Assembly (NCBI GenBank): GCA_963664225.1 | Contig: OY760937.1 | Coordinates: forward strand, 4,384,001 to 4,448,000 | Source of the DNA: Verrucomicrobiia bacterium | GTDB taxonomy: Bacteria > Verrucomicrobiota > Verrucomicrobiia > Limisphaerales > UBA1319 | Direction: 5' to 3' | Length of the DNA: 64,000 nucleotides | Shown here: piece by piece, positions 30,735 through 40,248 of the stretch | Layout of the letters: each line of letters starts with the position of its first letter | Position numbering within the stretch: position 1 is the stretch's first letter | Made by a program: the position numbers and the translations under genes | The notes under the pieces: generated by a model | What the model was told of the DNA's origin: nothing | The model's input: the letters and a program-made list of their open reading frames with translations, nothing else | The model's database searches: none

Positions 30735-30767
30735 AGAGGCCGGACTTTCAAAAGTCCGGCCTCTTTT
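30735..30767 (+). terminator. Intrinsic terminator
   Basis: AGAGGCCGGACTTT-CA-AAAGTCCGGCCTCT perfect inverted repeat followed by TTT. Confidence 0.85.
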
Positions 30768-30880
30768 ATGTACGCGTGAATGTGCGGACATTTTAGTCGA
30801 AATCCATCTGGACGTTGTTGGTGAGTTGGATTAAACCAATGCTCACAACCATGGCGGGCCCATTGGAATTGCAGCTCTAT

Positions 30881-31663
30881 ATGAAAACCAAACTTCAGCA
30901 TCGCAGTGGAAGAATCATGAGCCTGTTCGGATTTTTCCTGTCAATATCGCTCATGGCCACGGGATTAACGCAGGCCGGGGATTTGACGAATAACCACGCG
31001 CGGGTTCTTTTGGTAACCGGCCAGGATTATCCAGGTCATCCCTGGAGGCTTACTGCGCCCGCGCTGGCGTCGGGGTTGAGGCAGGACGCGCGTCTTGAAG
31101 TCGTTTCCGTGGAGGACCCTCGCTTTTTGGATTCCGAGGCCCTGGCGCAATACGATGTTGTCGTATTGCATTTTATGAACTGGGAACAGGCGTCTCCGGG
31201 CGCAAAGGCGCGCGAGAATTTGCGCCGTTTTGTGGAGGGCGGCAAGGGGTTGGTGCTGGTTCATTTTGCATGCGGCGCCTGGCAGGACTGGCCGGGATTT
31301 GCGGATCTGGCTGGTCGGGCGTGGGACCCGAAGATGCGTCCGCACGATCCGCGCGGCATTTTCCAGGTCAAGATCACCGATGGCGATCATCCGATTACTC
31401 GCGGTATGGAGGTGTTTGACACGGATGACGAGCTCTACACCTGTCTGGCGGGATCGCGCGCAATCCATGTTCTGGCCAGCGCCCGCTCGAGCGTGGACGG
31501 CAAGGATTATCCGATGGCGTTTGTTTTGAATTATGGCAAAGGCCGGGTGTTCCACTCGGTGCTGGGCCATGATTTGAAGGCGATCACGGTGCCAGGGGTA
31601 GCGGCATTGTATAGGCGCGGGACCGCCTGGGCAGCAGGTTTGGAACCTATCCCCGGCCGATAA
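30881..31663 (+). CDS. Exported ThuA-like protein
   Basis: VLLVTG..PGHPW, GKGLVLVHFA, HPITRG, DELY, YGKGRVFHSVLGHD, RGTAWAAG. Confidence 0.88.
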   Translation: MKTKLQHRSGRIMSLFGFFLSISLMATGLTQAGDLTNNHARVLLVTGQDYPGHPWRLTAPALASGLRQDARLEVVSVEDPRFLDSEALAQYDVVVLHFMNWEQASPGAKARENLRRFVEGGKGLVLVHFACGAWQDWPGFADLAGRAWDPKMRPHDPRGIFQVKITDGDHPITRGMEVFDTDDELYTCLAGSRAIHVLASARSSVDGKDYPMAFVLNYGKGRVFHSVLGHDLKAITVPGVAALYRRGTAWAAGLEPIPGR

Positions 31664-31808
31664 AAAGCGGCATGAGGCGGAGCTGTCAATCCGGCAACAA
31701 GAATGGGTCCAATAGGAAATCAAATTGACAGAAGGACATAAATCTATTACGCTTGGTAAGCGTTCAAGACGGGCAGGATAGCAACCAAAGCAAAAAGGAT
31801 ACAATTTT

Positions 31809-34031
31809 ATGGCTCAGACTAATGGCGTTTCGAGTAATCATATCTGGCGCTTCTTTTCAGCGGGGGGGACCGATCAGGTCCGGCTCGATAATGCCGGGGA
31901 CATCCTTTCCCTCGATGCTTTGGATAAAAAACTGTGGGTGGCTCTGAGCTGTCCGGTCAAGGGCTTGGAGCTGGATACAAAGACACTGGCGCTGATCGAC
32001 ACAGACAAGGACGGACGGGTTCGCGCCCCTGAAATAGTTGCTGCTGTGAAGTGGATTGCCGCGCGTTTAAAGGATGTGTCTGAAATCAAGAACGGCGCTT
32101 CTGAATTGCCGCTCAAATCGATCAACGATCAATGTGATGAGGGAAAACGAGCGTTGGCCTCCGCGCGGCAGATTCTAACGAACCTGGGAAAGGCGGATGC
32201 TCCGACGATCAGCGTGGACGATACGATGGATACAGCGCGGATTTTTGCGCAAACAAAATTTAACGGAGATGGGATAGTTCCCGCAGATTCTTCGGAAGAC
32301 GCGGCAGTCCAGGGGGTGATTCAGAATATCATTGACTGCCTGGGTGGGGCGTTGGATCGAAGCGGCAAGACAGGCGTTACCCAGGACAAGTTGGACCAGT
32401 TTTTTACGGAATTGACGGCCTATGACAACTGGAAGCAAACGGCGGAAAAGGATGCGGCGAAGATTCTGCCATTGGGAGAGGGGACCGACGCTGCCTTGCA
32501 AGTGTTGCTGGCAGTCAAGCCCAAGGTGGACGATTATTTTGCGCGATGCAGACTGGCCGCATTCGACGAGCGGATGGTCGCTGCGATGAACCGTCAGGAG
32601 TCAGACTTTCTGGCGCTGACCACAAAGGACTTGAGCTTTAGCGCTTCCGAAGTTTCGGGTTTTCCGTTGGCGCGCGTCGCCATGGATAAGCCATTGCCGT
32701 TGAAAGAGGGCATCAATCCCGCCTGGGCCGATTCGATGGCGAAATTCCAGAAGGAGGTGGTTCGGCCCATACTCGGGGAGAAAACCTCGTTGCGTGTTGA
32801 GGAATGGATCGACCTTGGCGCGCGATTTGCCGCTTACCAGGCCTGGACAACGGCCAAAGCAGGGGGCGCGGTTGAGAAGTTGGGGTTGGCACGTGTGCGC
32901 GAAATACTCTCGAGCAAGACCCGGAAGACCATTGGGGAACTGATCGCCCGGGACAAGGCGTTGGAAGCAGAGGCGGGAGCCATCACTGAGGTGGATCAAT
33001 TGGTCCGCTATTACCGGGATCTGTATCAGCTTTTGAACAACTTCGTGTCGTTTGCCGATTTTTACAGCCGCAAGCGCAAAGCCGTGTTCCAGGCAGGAAC
33101 GCTCTATTTGGACGGGCGCGCCTGCGAATTGTGCGTCAGGGTGGACGACATGGCCAGGCACGGTACCCTGGCTTCGCTGTCCAAAACTTATCTGGCTTAT
33201 TGCGATTGCGTGAAGCGCGGAGGCAGCGAAAAAATGACCATCGCGGCCGCGTTTACTGGAGGGGATTCCGACCAGCTTCTGGTGGGCCGCAACGGTGTCT
33301 TTTTTGACCGCGCGGGCAACGATTGGGATGCCACGATCGTCAAAATTATAGAGCATCCCATCAGTGTCCGGCAGGCCTTTTGGGCGCCCTACAAAAAGGT
33401 GGCCAAAATGATCGAGGACCAGTTGGAAAAGAGCGCGGCGGCTCGCGATAAGGCCATGCAGGAAAAAGCTCAGGCAGGCATGGCGGCTACGGCCCAGGGC
33501 GTGCAGGAAGGTAAGCCCACAGTGGCGCAGCAGGCGTTCGATGTGGGCAAAACGGTCGGTATTTTTGCCGCCATCGGCCTGGCCTTGGGAGCCATTGGAA
33601 CAGCCGCTGCGGCGATTCTGGGCGCGTTCATGACATTGCCCCTGTGGCAAAAACCGGTGGCTCTGGTCGCGATCATGCTCTTGATTTCCGGGCCTTCGAT
33701 CTTGATTGCCTGGCTTAAGCTTCGCCAGCGCAACCTGGGGCCGATTCTGGATGCGAATGGCTGGGCGGTGAACGGTCGGGTGAAAATCAACATCCCATTT
33801 GGCGGGGCGTTGACCAGCGTGGCCAAGCTGCCTCCCAACGCGGAACGCACGCTGGACGATCCTTATGCGGAGAAAAGTCACGCCAAAGGGTGGATCACGC
33901 TTGCAGTTGTCATCATTCTAGCCGCCTGCGCAGCTTGGTACTGGCATTCGACCACTAAAAAACCTGAAACGGCTCCCCGGCAACTCGAGGTGACACCGGG
34001 CAACGCAACCAATGCCGTTCCGGCCAAATGA
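31809..34031 (+). CDS. EF-hand-containing membrane protein of unknown function (740 aa)
   Basis: EF-hand loop DTDKDGRVRAPE; large helical soluble region; three C-terminal hydrophobic segments; no signal peptide. Confidence 0.78.
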   Translation: MAQTNGVSSNHIWRFFSAGGTDQVRLDNAGDILSLDALDKKLWVALSCPVKGLELDTKTLALIDTDKDGRVRAPEIVAAVKWIAARLKDVSEIKNGASELPLKSINDQCDEGKRALASARQILTNLGKADAPTISVDDTMDTARIFAQTKFNGDGIVPADSSEDAAVQGVIQNIIDCLGGALDRSGKTGVTQDKLDQFFTELTAYDNWKQTAEKDAAKILPLGEGTDAALQVLLAVKPKVDDYFARCRLAAFDERMVAAMNRQESDFLALTTKDLSFSASEVSGFPLARVAMDKPLPLKEGINPAWADSMAKFQKEVVRPILGEKTSLRVEEWIDLGARFAAYQAWTTAKAGGAVEKLGLARVREILSSKTRKTIGELIARDKALEAEAGAITEVDQLVRYYRDLYQLLNNFVSFADFYSRKRKAVFQAGTLYLDGRACELCVRVDDMARHGTLASLSKTYLAYCDCVKRGGSEKMTIAAAFTGGDSDQLLVGRNGVFFDRAGNDWDATIVKIIEHPISVRQAFWAPYKKVAKMIEDQLEKSAAARDKAMQEKAQAGMAATAQGVQEGKPTVAQQAFDVGKTVGIFAAIGLALGAIGTAAAAILGAFMTLPLWQKPVALVAIMLLISGPSILIAWLKLRQRNLGPILDANGWAVNGRVKINIPFGGALTSVAKLPPNAERTLDDPYAEKSHAKGWITLAVVIILAACAAWYWHSTTKKPETAPRQLEVTPGNATNAVPAK

Positions 34032-34334
34032 ATCAAAACAACGGTTGCGATTTTTGAGCAATGCATCGTCTCGATCAAATCAGCGAGCGTCGCAAAATCG
34101 TTGTTAATGTGTTAATTGCGCTTGACTTAAAAACAATCGTCGGGCAATTTAAGCGTCATAAGAGATTTGACATGTTTTTCGTTCGCAATCGAAAAATATT
34201 TTAAAAAAAGAATAAAAAGAAGTGTTATGCGCTTGACTTGGAACCCGAAATACAATAAATAGGAGTTCAAAAGCTGGATGGGTGTTTGAGGTCGGTTTGG
34301 GTTTCGAATGTAATTTGTTAAACAAGAAAGAGTT

Positions 34335-34982
34335 ATGAATAAAAATATGCAGCCCTACACAAAGGTTCTAGCGATTCTCTCAGCAGCGGTGGCTTTTTGC
34401 GTCACCACACAGGCGAGTATCGTTTATAACAACTCTACCACTTATTTGGGTCAGGATTATTTATCCACCAATGAGTTTGGTGATCAAATCAAGCTGGATG
34501 CGGCTTCCACGGACCGTTATGTAACGGAGTTCAATTTTGAGTATTATCTTGCACATAACGCCAGTGGAAATGAAAAGGCGGAGTTGCGTATTTATAATAA
34601 CGCGACAGCCAGCTCGATCGGAACGTTAATTTATGACAGCGGCATGCAGTCCATTGCCACCGGTTACAATCAGTTTGACGTCACCGGATTGGGACTGAAT
34701 GTCACGACCGATTTATCGTGGACAGTCCAATTCAGCGGGGTTGAATCCGGTGAATCAGCGGGTTTACTTTGGTACAATCCTCCCACGGTCGGATCCAGCT
34801 TTGATGATTTCTGGGAAAAACAGAATGGCGTTTGGACTTTGAAGCGTCTCTCGCTGCCAGGCAGCCCCATTGCCAACTTTGGCGCTCAAGTTACCGCCAT
34901 TCCCGAGCCTACAACGGTTCAATTGGCGATCATGTCTGGTATGGCTTGGCTCGGTATGGCCACCTATCGCCGCCGCAAGTAA
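34335..34982 (+). CDS. PEP-CTERM sorting-domain protein
   Basis: Signal peptide ending TQA; C-terminus IPEP + hydrophobic helix + YRRRK. Confidence 0.92.
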   Translation: MNKNMQPYTKVLAILSAAVAFCVTTQASIVYNNSTTYLGQDYLSTNEFGDQIKLDAASTDRYVTEFNFEYYLAHNASGNEKAELRIYNNATASSIGTLIYDSGMQSIATGYNQFDVTGLGLNVTTDLSWTVQFSGVESGESAGLLWYNPPTVGSSFDDFWEKQNGVWTLKRLSLPGSPIANFGAQVTAIPEPTTVQLAIMSGMAWLGMATYRRRK

Positions 34983-35009
34983 GCCAGCAATTCAATTAAC
35001 TCTTTCGTT

Positions 35010-35036
35010 AAGGGCGCGGACTGTTCCGCGCCTTTT
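35010..35036 (+). terminator. Intrinsic terminator
   Basis: GGCGCGGA-CTGT-TCCGCGCC stem followed by TTTT. Confidence 0.75.
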
Positions 35037-35180
35037 GTATGTACGCAGAATCTGGTTCAGAGGTTTTTGAGTTTACTCCCATCTGGCATTTGCTGCGAGA
35101 TTAGGCTCAGGGTGGACCAAGAATGGAGGGAAAGATGTTATGGGTTGCATAGCGGCAAACTCCAGCCACATTGCAAACAT

Positions 35181-35810
35181 AGTCATCAACCTCCGGCAAA
35201 GCCGGAGGCTTGAAATTGTGAACCGCTCAAAGCGGGTTAATCTTGGAGCCGCTCGAAGCGGCTTTCGCTCCCGAACAATCCCAGTTGATCGAGGCGCTGG
35301 TCTGCCTTTTCCTGTTCTTGAATGTATAGCCGCACGGCAGCCTCGTTGCGTCCGACGGTCGACACCCAAAAGCCCCGTGCCCAAAAATGCTCTCCCACAA
35401 AGTTCCGCCGTTTCCCTCCGTATGTCCGGGCAATGTGAATGGCGCTCTTGCCCTTCAAATACCCCATGACTTGCGACACCGAGTATTTCGGAGGTATCGA
35501 CAGCAGCATGTGCACACGATCGACCATCAGGTGCCCCTCCCCAACCTCACTTTCCTTATGCCGCGCCAACTCCCGGAACAGGCTGCCCGGGTGCTTGCGC
35601 AGCGATGCGTATAGCGTTTTGCGCCGGTATTTCGGTATGAATACCACATGGTATTTGCATTCCCACTTCGTATGGTTAAGACTCTCATATTCGTTCATCA
35701 CTTGAGTTTCCTGTTGTTGACCTTGAGCGGTTCACAACTCGGATTCTCAAGTCACTCCCGGAGTTGTCAAACTCCGGGAGCCTCCCCGGCAAAGCCGGGG
35801 GAACTCCCAT
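35181..35810 (-). mobile_element. IS200/IS605-family element (tnpA only)
   Basis: tnpA flanked by matching subterminal hairpins CCTCCGGC-AAA-GCCGGAGG (35190-35208) and CCCCGGC-AAA-GCCGGGG (35784-35800); extra hairpin CTCCCGGAGTT/AACTCCGGGAG (35754-35780); exact ends approximate. Confidence 0.85.
35237..35698 (-). CDS. tnpA: IS200-family Y1 transposase, probably inactive (HUH motif reads DRVH)
   Basis: CKYHVVFIPKYRR, IPPKYSVS.VMGYLKGKS, FWARG..VSTVG, YIQEQ. Confidence 0.9.
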   Translation of the reverse strand: MNEYESLNHTKWECKYHVVFIPKYRRKTLYASLRKHPGSLFRELARHKESEVGEGHLMVDRVHMLLSIPPKYSVSQVMGYLKGKSAIHIARTYGGKRRNFVGEHFWARGFWVSTVGRNEAAVRLYIQEQEKADQRLDQLGLFGSESRFERLQD

Positions 35811-35915
35811 GGGATTAGCAATTGAGACCTCGACGACAAAGCTACCAAAGAACGACAGCATTTACGATGGCGCGGCAGGCGGAAACAGATGAATTGATGC
35901 CATTAATCAAGTGCC

Positions 35916-36128
35916 TCAGCGCAGATCTGGATTGGGAAACGGTTCGTGCGCCTTCCGCCCATACACCCGTTCATACGCCCGGCAGCAAGGACATAAATGC
36001 CTTTCCACCCGGCTGGTTAGCTCGAAGGCCAGGCCTTTTTGCTTCATTCGAGCCTGCCGACATATCGGACAGTTCAGGCAAGCTTTCGCCAAAGTTCGAT
36101 CGAGACTGCTTGGAGAGTTTTGATTCAT
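35916..36128 (-). CDS. Small Cys-rich hypothetical protein (70 aa)
   Basis: CLNCPIC...CPCC.AYERVYGRKAHEP; ATG start. Confidence 0.65.
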   Translation of the reverse strand: MNQNSPSSLDRTLAKACLNCPICRQARMKQKGLAFELTSRVERHLCPCCRAYERVYGRKAHEPFPNPDLR

Positions 36129-36476
36129 CTTATTATTCCGCCTCGTCGATTTCTAATGCGATCCGGCTTTCAGTGAAACAATAAAAGCATTTCCCGGGGG
36201 AGGCATCCGCAGGCGCGGCTCAATTAAGAGTCGGTCGGCATGGGATTCATCAAGACCTGGCTGCAGAATGGAGGGCAGAGGGTTACTTAACGGCGATGTC
36301 CATGCTGAAGTAATTCCTCAATTGGCAATTAGCATTCAAGAGTCCTCCTTGCATAACAAGCTCCCCAGGTTGAGAATTGGGTGCATGGATTTAGTGTCTA
36401 TAGTGAGGACTAACTCAAAAGACGAGGTGACACTTACTGGTTTCATACACAGATTGGGCTTGGCTTTCAGTTTTCC

Positions 36477-37250
36477 ATGAGCACGAACAAAATGAAAACA
36501 CTCCTGACATTGTTGGTTGGATTATTGATGACGGTAAACCTGCGTGCCGCGCAAGTGACCGTCTTCGCGGCGGCAAGTCTTGCGGATGCGCTCAAGCAGA
36601 TTGCCGCGCATTATGAAAGGCAATCGGGTGATAAAATCATTTTCAATTTCGCCGCCTCCGGCACTCTTGCGCGCCAGATCGAGGAAGGCGCGCCAGCCGA
36701 CGTTTTCATTTCCGCCGACGAGGCCAGGATGGACCCCCTCGCAATGAAACAACTGCTTGTGGACGCGTCGCGCAAAAGCCTTCTCGGCAATACGCTTGTC
36801 ATTGTTGGCCCGCCCGATGGTTCGACGGTTCATTCGGCCATCGATTTGACCAATGCCGCGGTCCACAGGCTCGCGATTGGCGAAGTGAAGCTTGTTCCCG
36901 CCGGGACTTACGCAAAGCAATACCTGGATAAACTCGGTTTGTGGCAGGCGGTTGAACCGAAGATTGTCCCGTGCGAAAATGTCCGCGCCGTTCTGGCCGC
37001 CGTGGAATCAGGCAATGTCGAGGCGGGCATTGTCTATAAGACCGACGCCGGGATTTCCAAAAAAGTGAAGGTGGTTTTTGAAGTGCCAGCAGGGGACGGC
37101 CCGGAAATAAGATACCCGCTGGCACTCATCAAAGATTCGCCGCAGCCGGAAGCGGCCAAAAGATTCTACAAATACCTTGCTCTATCGGATGCTGCCGCGG
37201 TGTTTCAGAAGTTCGGATTCATCGTGCTCGAAACGGCGCGCAGCAAATGA
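36477..37250 (+). CDS. modA: Molybdate ABC transporter substrate-binding protein
   Basis: VFAAASL, FAASGTLARQIEEGAPADVFISA, VPAGTYA, GIVYKTDA; start 36477 or 36492. Confidence 0.95.
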   Translation: MSTNKMKTLLTLLVGLLMTVNLRAAQVTVFAAASLADALKQIAAHYERQSGDKIIFNFAASGTLARQIEEGAPADVFISADEARMDPLAMKQLLVDASRKSLLGNTLVIVGPPDGSTVHSAIDLTNAAVHRLAIGEVKLVPAGTYAKQYLDKLGLWQAVEPKIVPCENVRAVLAAVESGNVEAGIVYKTDAGISKKVKVVFEVPAGDGPEIRYPLALIKDSPQPEAAKRFYKYLALSDAAAVFQKFGFIVLETARSK

Positions 37251-37912
37251 GCAGCGGGGAGTGGCAATTTGTCGGGTTCACATTGCGAATGGCGCTGGGC
37301 AGCATGGCGCTGATCCTGCCGGTTGGCCTGGCGCTGGCCTGGTTGCTGGCGAAATATCAATGGCGTGGAAAAGTCATTGTGGAGACACTGGTTTCGCTGC
37401 CGCTTGTTCTGCCGCCTGTTGTCACGGGGCTGGTGTTATTGAAGTTATTTGGACGTCGCGGACCTTTCGGCCACTGGTTGCACGAGCAATTTGGACTCGA
37501 CGTGGTGTTCACCTGGCGCGCGGTGATTCTGGCGCTTGCGGTCATGTCCCTGCCGCTGTTTGTCCGTGCGGCGCGGACCGCGTTCGAGGAGGTGAATCCC
37601 ATTTTCGAGCAACTGGCCCGCACACTCGGCGCGGGCGAGTGGAGAATCTTTTTTACGATCACGCTTCCCCTGGCGCGGCGCGGCGTAACGGCTGGCGCGT
37701 TGCTGGCGTTTGCCCGCGCATTGGGCGAATTTGGCGCGACGATCATGGTCGCGGGCAACATACCCGGGCAGACCACCACACTCCCCGTGGCGATCTATCA
37801 AGCCGTCCAACTAGGTGACGACGGGCACGCCTGGCTGCTGGCGGGTGTTTCAACGGTCATCGCATTCTTCGCCGTTTTGATGAGCGAAAAACTTTTGCGG
37901 AGCAAAACATGA
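37247..37912 (+). CDS. modB: Molybdate ABC transporter permease
   Basis: LPLVLPPVVTG, FARALGEFGATIMVAGNIPG.T.TLP. Confidence 0.95.
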   Translation: MSSGEWQFVGFTLRMALGSMALILPVGLALAWLLAKYQWRGKVIVETLVSLPLVLPPVVTGLVLLKLFGRRGPFGHWLHEQFGLDVVFTWRAVILALAVMSLPLFVRAARTAFEEVNPIFEQLARTLGAGEWRIFFTITLPLARRGVTAGALLAFARALGEFGATIMVAGNIPGQTTTLPVAIYQAVQLGDDGHAWLLAGVSTVIAFFAVLMSEKLLRSKT

Positions 37913-39006
37913 GCGAAGAACTGCACGCCAGTTTTACCAGAAAATATTCAGGTGGTCCGGCGATTTGCGCGGATCATCTGAGCATTGGCAACGGCATCAC
38001 CGTGCTGTTCGGAGCTTCGGGTTCTGGAAAAACAACCGTGCTTCGATGCCTGGCGGGACTGGAGCGGCCGGATGAAGGGACGATTCGTTTTGGCAAAACA
38101 ACCTGGTTTGACGCCACGCAAAACTTCGTCCTGGCAACACGCATGCGGAATATCGGTTTTGTGCCGCAGGATTACGCCCTGTTTTCGCATCTGACCGTTG
38201 AGTCGAACATCGCCTATGGTCTGAGCGCGCTGCCAAAGCCGGAACAAAAACAACGCGTGGCGCAAGCGGTGAACTGGCTCGGGCTGGACGGTTTGGAGCA
38301 ACGTCGTCCAAGTGAATTGTCAGGAGGGCAACAACAACGTGTGGCCCTGGCGCGGGCCGTTGTGCGGCAGCCCGGTTTGCTGCTGCTCGACGAACCGCTG
38401 GCCGCGCTCGATTCACCCACACGCCTGCGCTTGCGCGGTGAGCTTCGCATCCTGCTGCTCAAGCTCGGCATTCCAACCATTCTCGTCACGCATGACCGGA
38501 TCGAAGCGCTCGCGCTGGGGGATCGGATTGTGGTCCTTGCGGATGGACATATTTTGCAGAGCGGATCGGTGGGTGAAGTGTTCAATCATCCGGCCAGCGT
38601 GGCGGTGGCTGGCATTGTGGGCACTGAAACAGTTTTGGCCGGTCGCGTGTTACAGGTTTCCGACAGTCTGGCGACTGTGGTGGTGGGCGATGTTCAATTG
38701 ACTGCCCTCTCGGAATCATTGCCTTCCGGCACAACGACTGTTTACGTGTGCATCCGCGCCGAAGACATTATTTTGTCGAAGGACGAGGCAGGTCATTCCA
38801 GTCCACGCAACCGCCTGGCCGCAGTGGTGCGAAGCATCACTCCCGAAGGTCCGCTTGTGCGGATCGAATTGGATTGTGGTTTTCCATTGTCCGCATTGCT
38901 CACAAAACAAGCATGCGAAGAATTGGCGCTGCAGGAGCACACGCGCCTTCTGGCTTTGATCAAGGCGCCTCAAATTCATTTAATACCCTCCTTGGGGCGG
39001 TCTTGA
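37909..39006 (+). CDS. modC: Molybdate ABC transporter ATPase with C-terminal TOBE domains
   Basis: GASGSGKT, LSGGQQQRVALARA, LLLDEP, C-terminal SPRNRL...ALIKA. Confidence 0.92.
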   Translation: MSEELHASFTRKYSGGPAICADHLSIGNGITVLFGASGSGKTTVLRCLAGLERPDEGTIRFGKTTWFDATQNFVLATRMRNIGFVPQDYALFSHLTVESNIAYGLSALPKPEQKQRVAQAVNWLGLDGLEQRRPSELSGGQQQRVALARAVVRQPGLLLLDEPLAALDSPTRLRLRGELRILLLKLGIPTILVTHDRIEALALGDRIVVLADGHILQSGSVGEVFNHPASVAVAGIVGTETVLAGRVLQVSDSLATVVVGDVQLTALSESLPSGTTTVYVCIRAEDIILSKDEAGHSSPRNRLAAVVRSITPEGPLVRIELDCGFPLSALLTKQACEELALQEHTRLLALIKAPQIHLIPSLGRS

Positions 39007-39147
39007 ACGTCTTCAAACGACAATGGCAAAATGACTAATGCGAACTGCTTTCGGGGTTGCCAATTACCACCGAACCGGCTCATCATTGCGCATCCCGTTA
39101 ACGATGGTTTTACGCCATCGGTTTCTGTGAATAATTGTTGAATTGCC

Positions 39148-40248
39148 ATGAAAACCATTGGAATTGCCCTGATCGGTTGCGGAGGGATTGCCCTGGCCAA
39201 CCACGTTCCCGGATTGGCGTTGTGCCCCGGGGCGCGAATTGTGGCGTTGTGCGACAGCAATCCGCAGGCGCTGGCAAACGCAGCGCAAAAAACCGGGGTT
39301 ACCACGACCACGACGCAATACCAGGAGGTGCTTCGGCGTGAGGACGTGGATGCGGTGATCATTGCCACGCCCAATTTGACGCATGGGCCCATCACGCTGG
39401 AGGCGGTGGCAGCGGGGAAGCATGTTTTTTGCGAAAAGCCGATCGCGATGAATTTCGATGAGGCTGCGAAAATGTATGAGGCCGCGGAAAAGGCGGGAGT
39501 GCGCCACATGACGGCCTTCACATATCGATTTGTTCCCGCCATGCGGTATATGGCGCATCTGGTGAGGGCGGGGCACATTGGCCAGCCGGTGCATTTTCGG
39601 GTGCAGCGTTTTCAAGACTGGGGTGCGCGTCCATTGGGCTGGAGGCAATCCGCGGCGATGGCCGGGACGGGGGAGTTGGGGGACATGCTTTCGCACCGGA
39701 TCGATTACGGGCATTTTCTGGTGGGTCCGATTGCGCGTGTTTCAGCGAGTTTGAAACGGTTTATCGACACGCGGGGCGGGCAAAAATCCGATCTGGACGA
39801 TTGGGTGGCAGCACTGGCGGAGTTTGAGAATGGGACGACGGGTGTGATGGAGAGCAGCAAGCTGTGCACTGGACGAGGGGAGGGGGGCCGCAGCCTGGAT
39901 TATTGCGAGGTCAACGGCACTGAAGGCACGCTTGTTTACAGCCTTGGAAAACCATTGGAACTGGAGATCGGACGCCGCAACGGCACCCATTTGGATACGG
40001 TGGCCGTGCCAGGGGAATTTCTGGTCTGGCCAGGTTCGCCCCGGCAACCGCGCGAGGGCGATCCATTGGTGACATTTCGTTACGATCAGGACTTTGAATT
40101 CATCGATGCGATCCGCAATCAGCGGCCGTGCGTTCCCTCCCTGTTGGAAGGGGCGCGCGCGCAGGCGGTCATGGATGCCATGGTGCAATCCAGCGCACAG
40201 CGGAAATGGGTGGAAGTGGCGCAGACACCCAAAGGAAATGTTTTATGA
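39148..40248 (+). CDS. Gfo/Idh/MocA family oxidoreductase
   Basis: IGCGGIA, ATPN..H, GKHVFCEKP, G.LGDMLSHRID. Confidence 0.92.
   Translation: MKTIGIALIGCGGIALANHVPGLALCPGARIVALCDSNPQALANAAQKTGVTTTTTQYQEVLRREDVDAVIIATPNLTHGPITLEAVAAGKHVFCEKPIAMNFDEAAKMYEAAEKAGVRHMTAFTYRFVPAMRYMAHLVRAGHIGQPVHFRVQRFQDWGARPLGWRQSAAMAGTGELGDMLSHRIDYGHFLVGPIARVSASLKRFIDTRGGQKSDLDDWVAALAEFENGTTGVMESSKLCTGRGEGGRSLDYCEVNGTEGTLVYSLGKPLELEIGRRNGTHLDTVAVPGEFLVWPGSPRQPREGDPLVTFRYDQDFEFIDAIRNQRPCVPSLLEGARAQAVMDAMVQSSAQRKWVEVAQTPKGNVL

Noticed and set aside
32601..33881. 426-aa minus-strand ORF, and similar long antisense ORFs such as 41303-42412, 8819-9769 and 56324-57343
   Set aside because: Shadow ORFs opposite well-supported genes, expected in GC-rich DNA.
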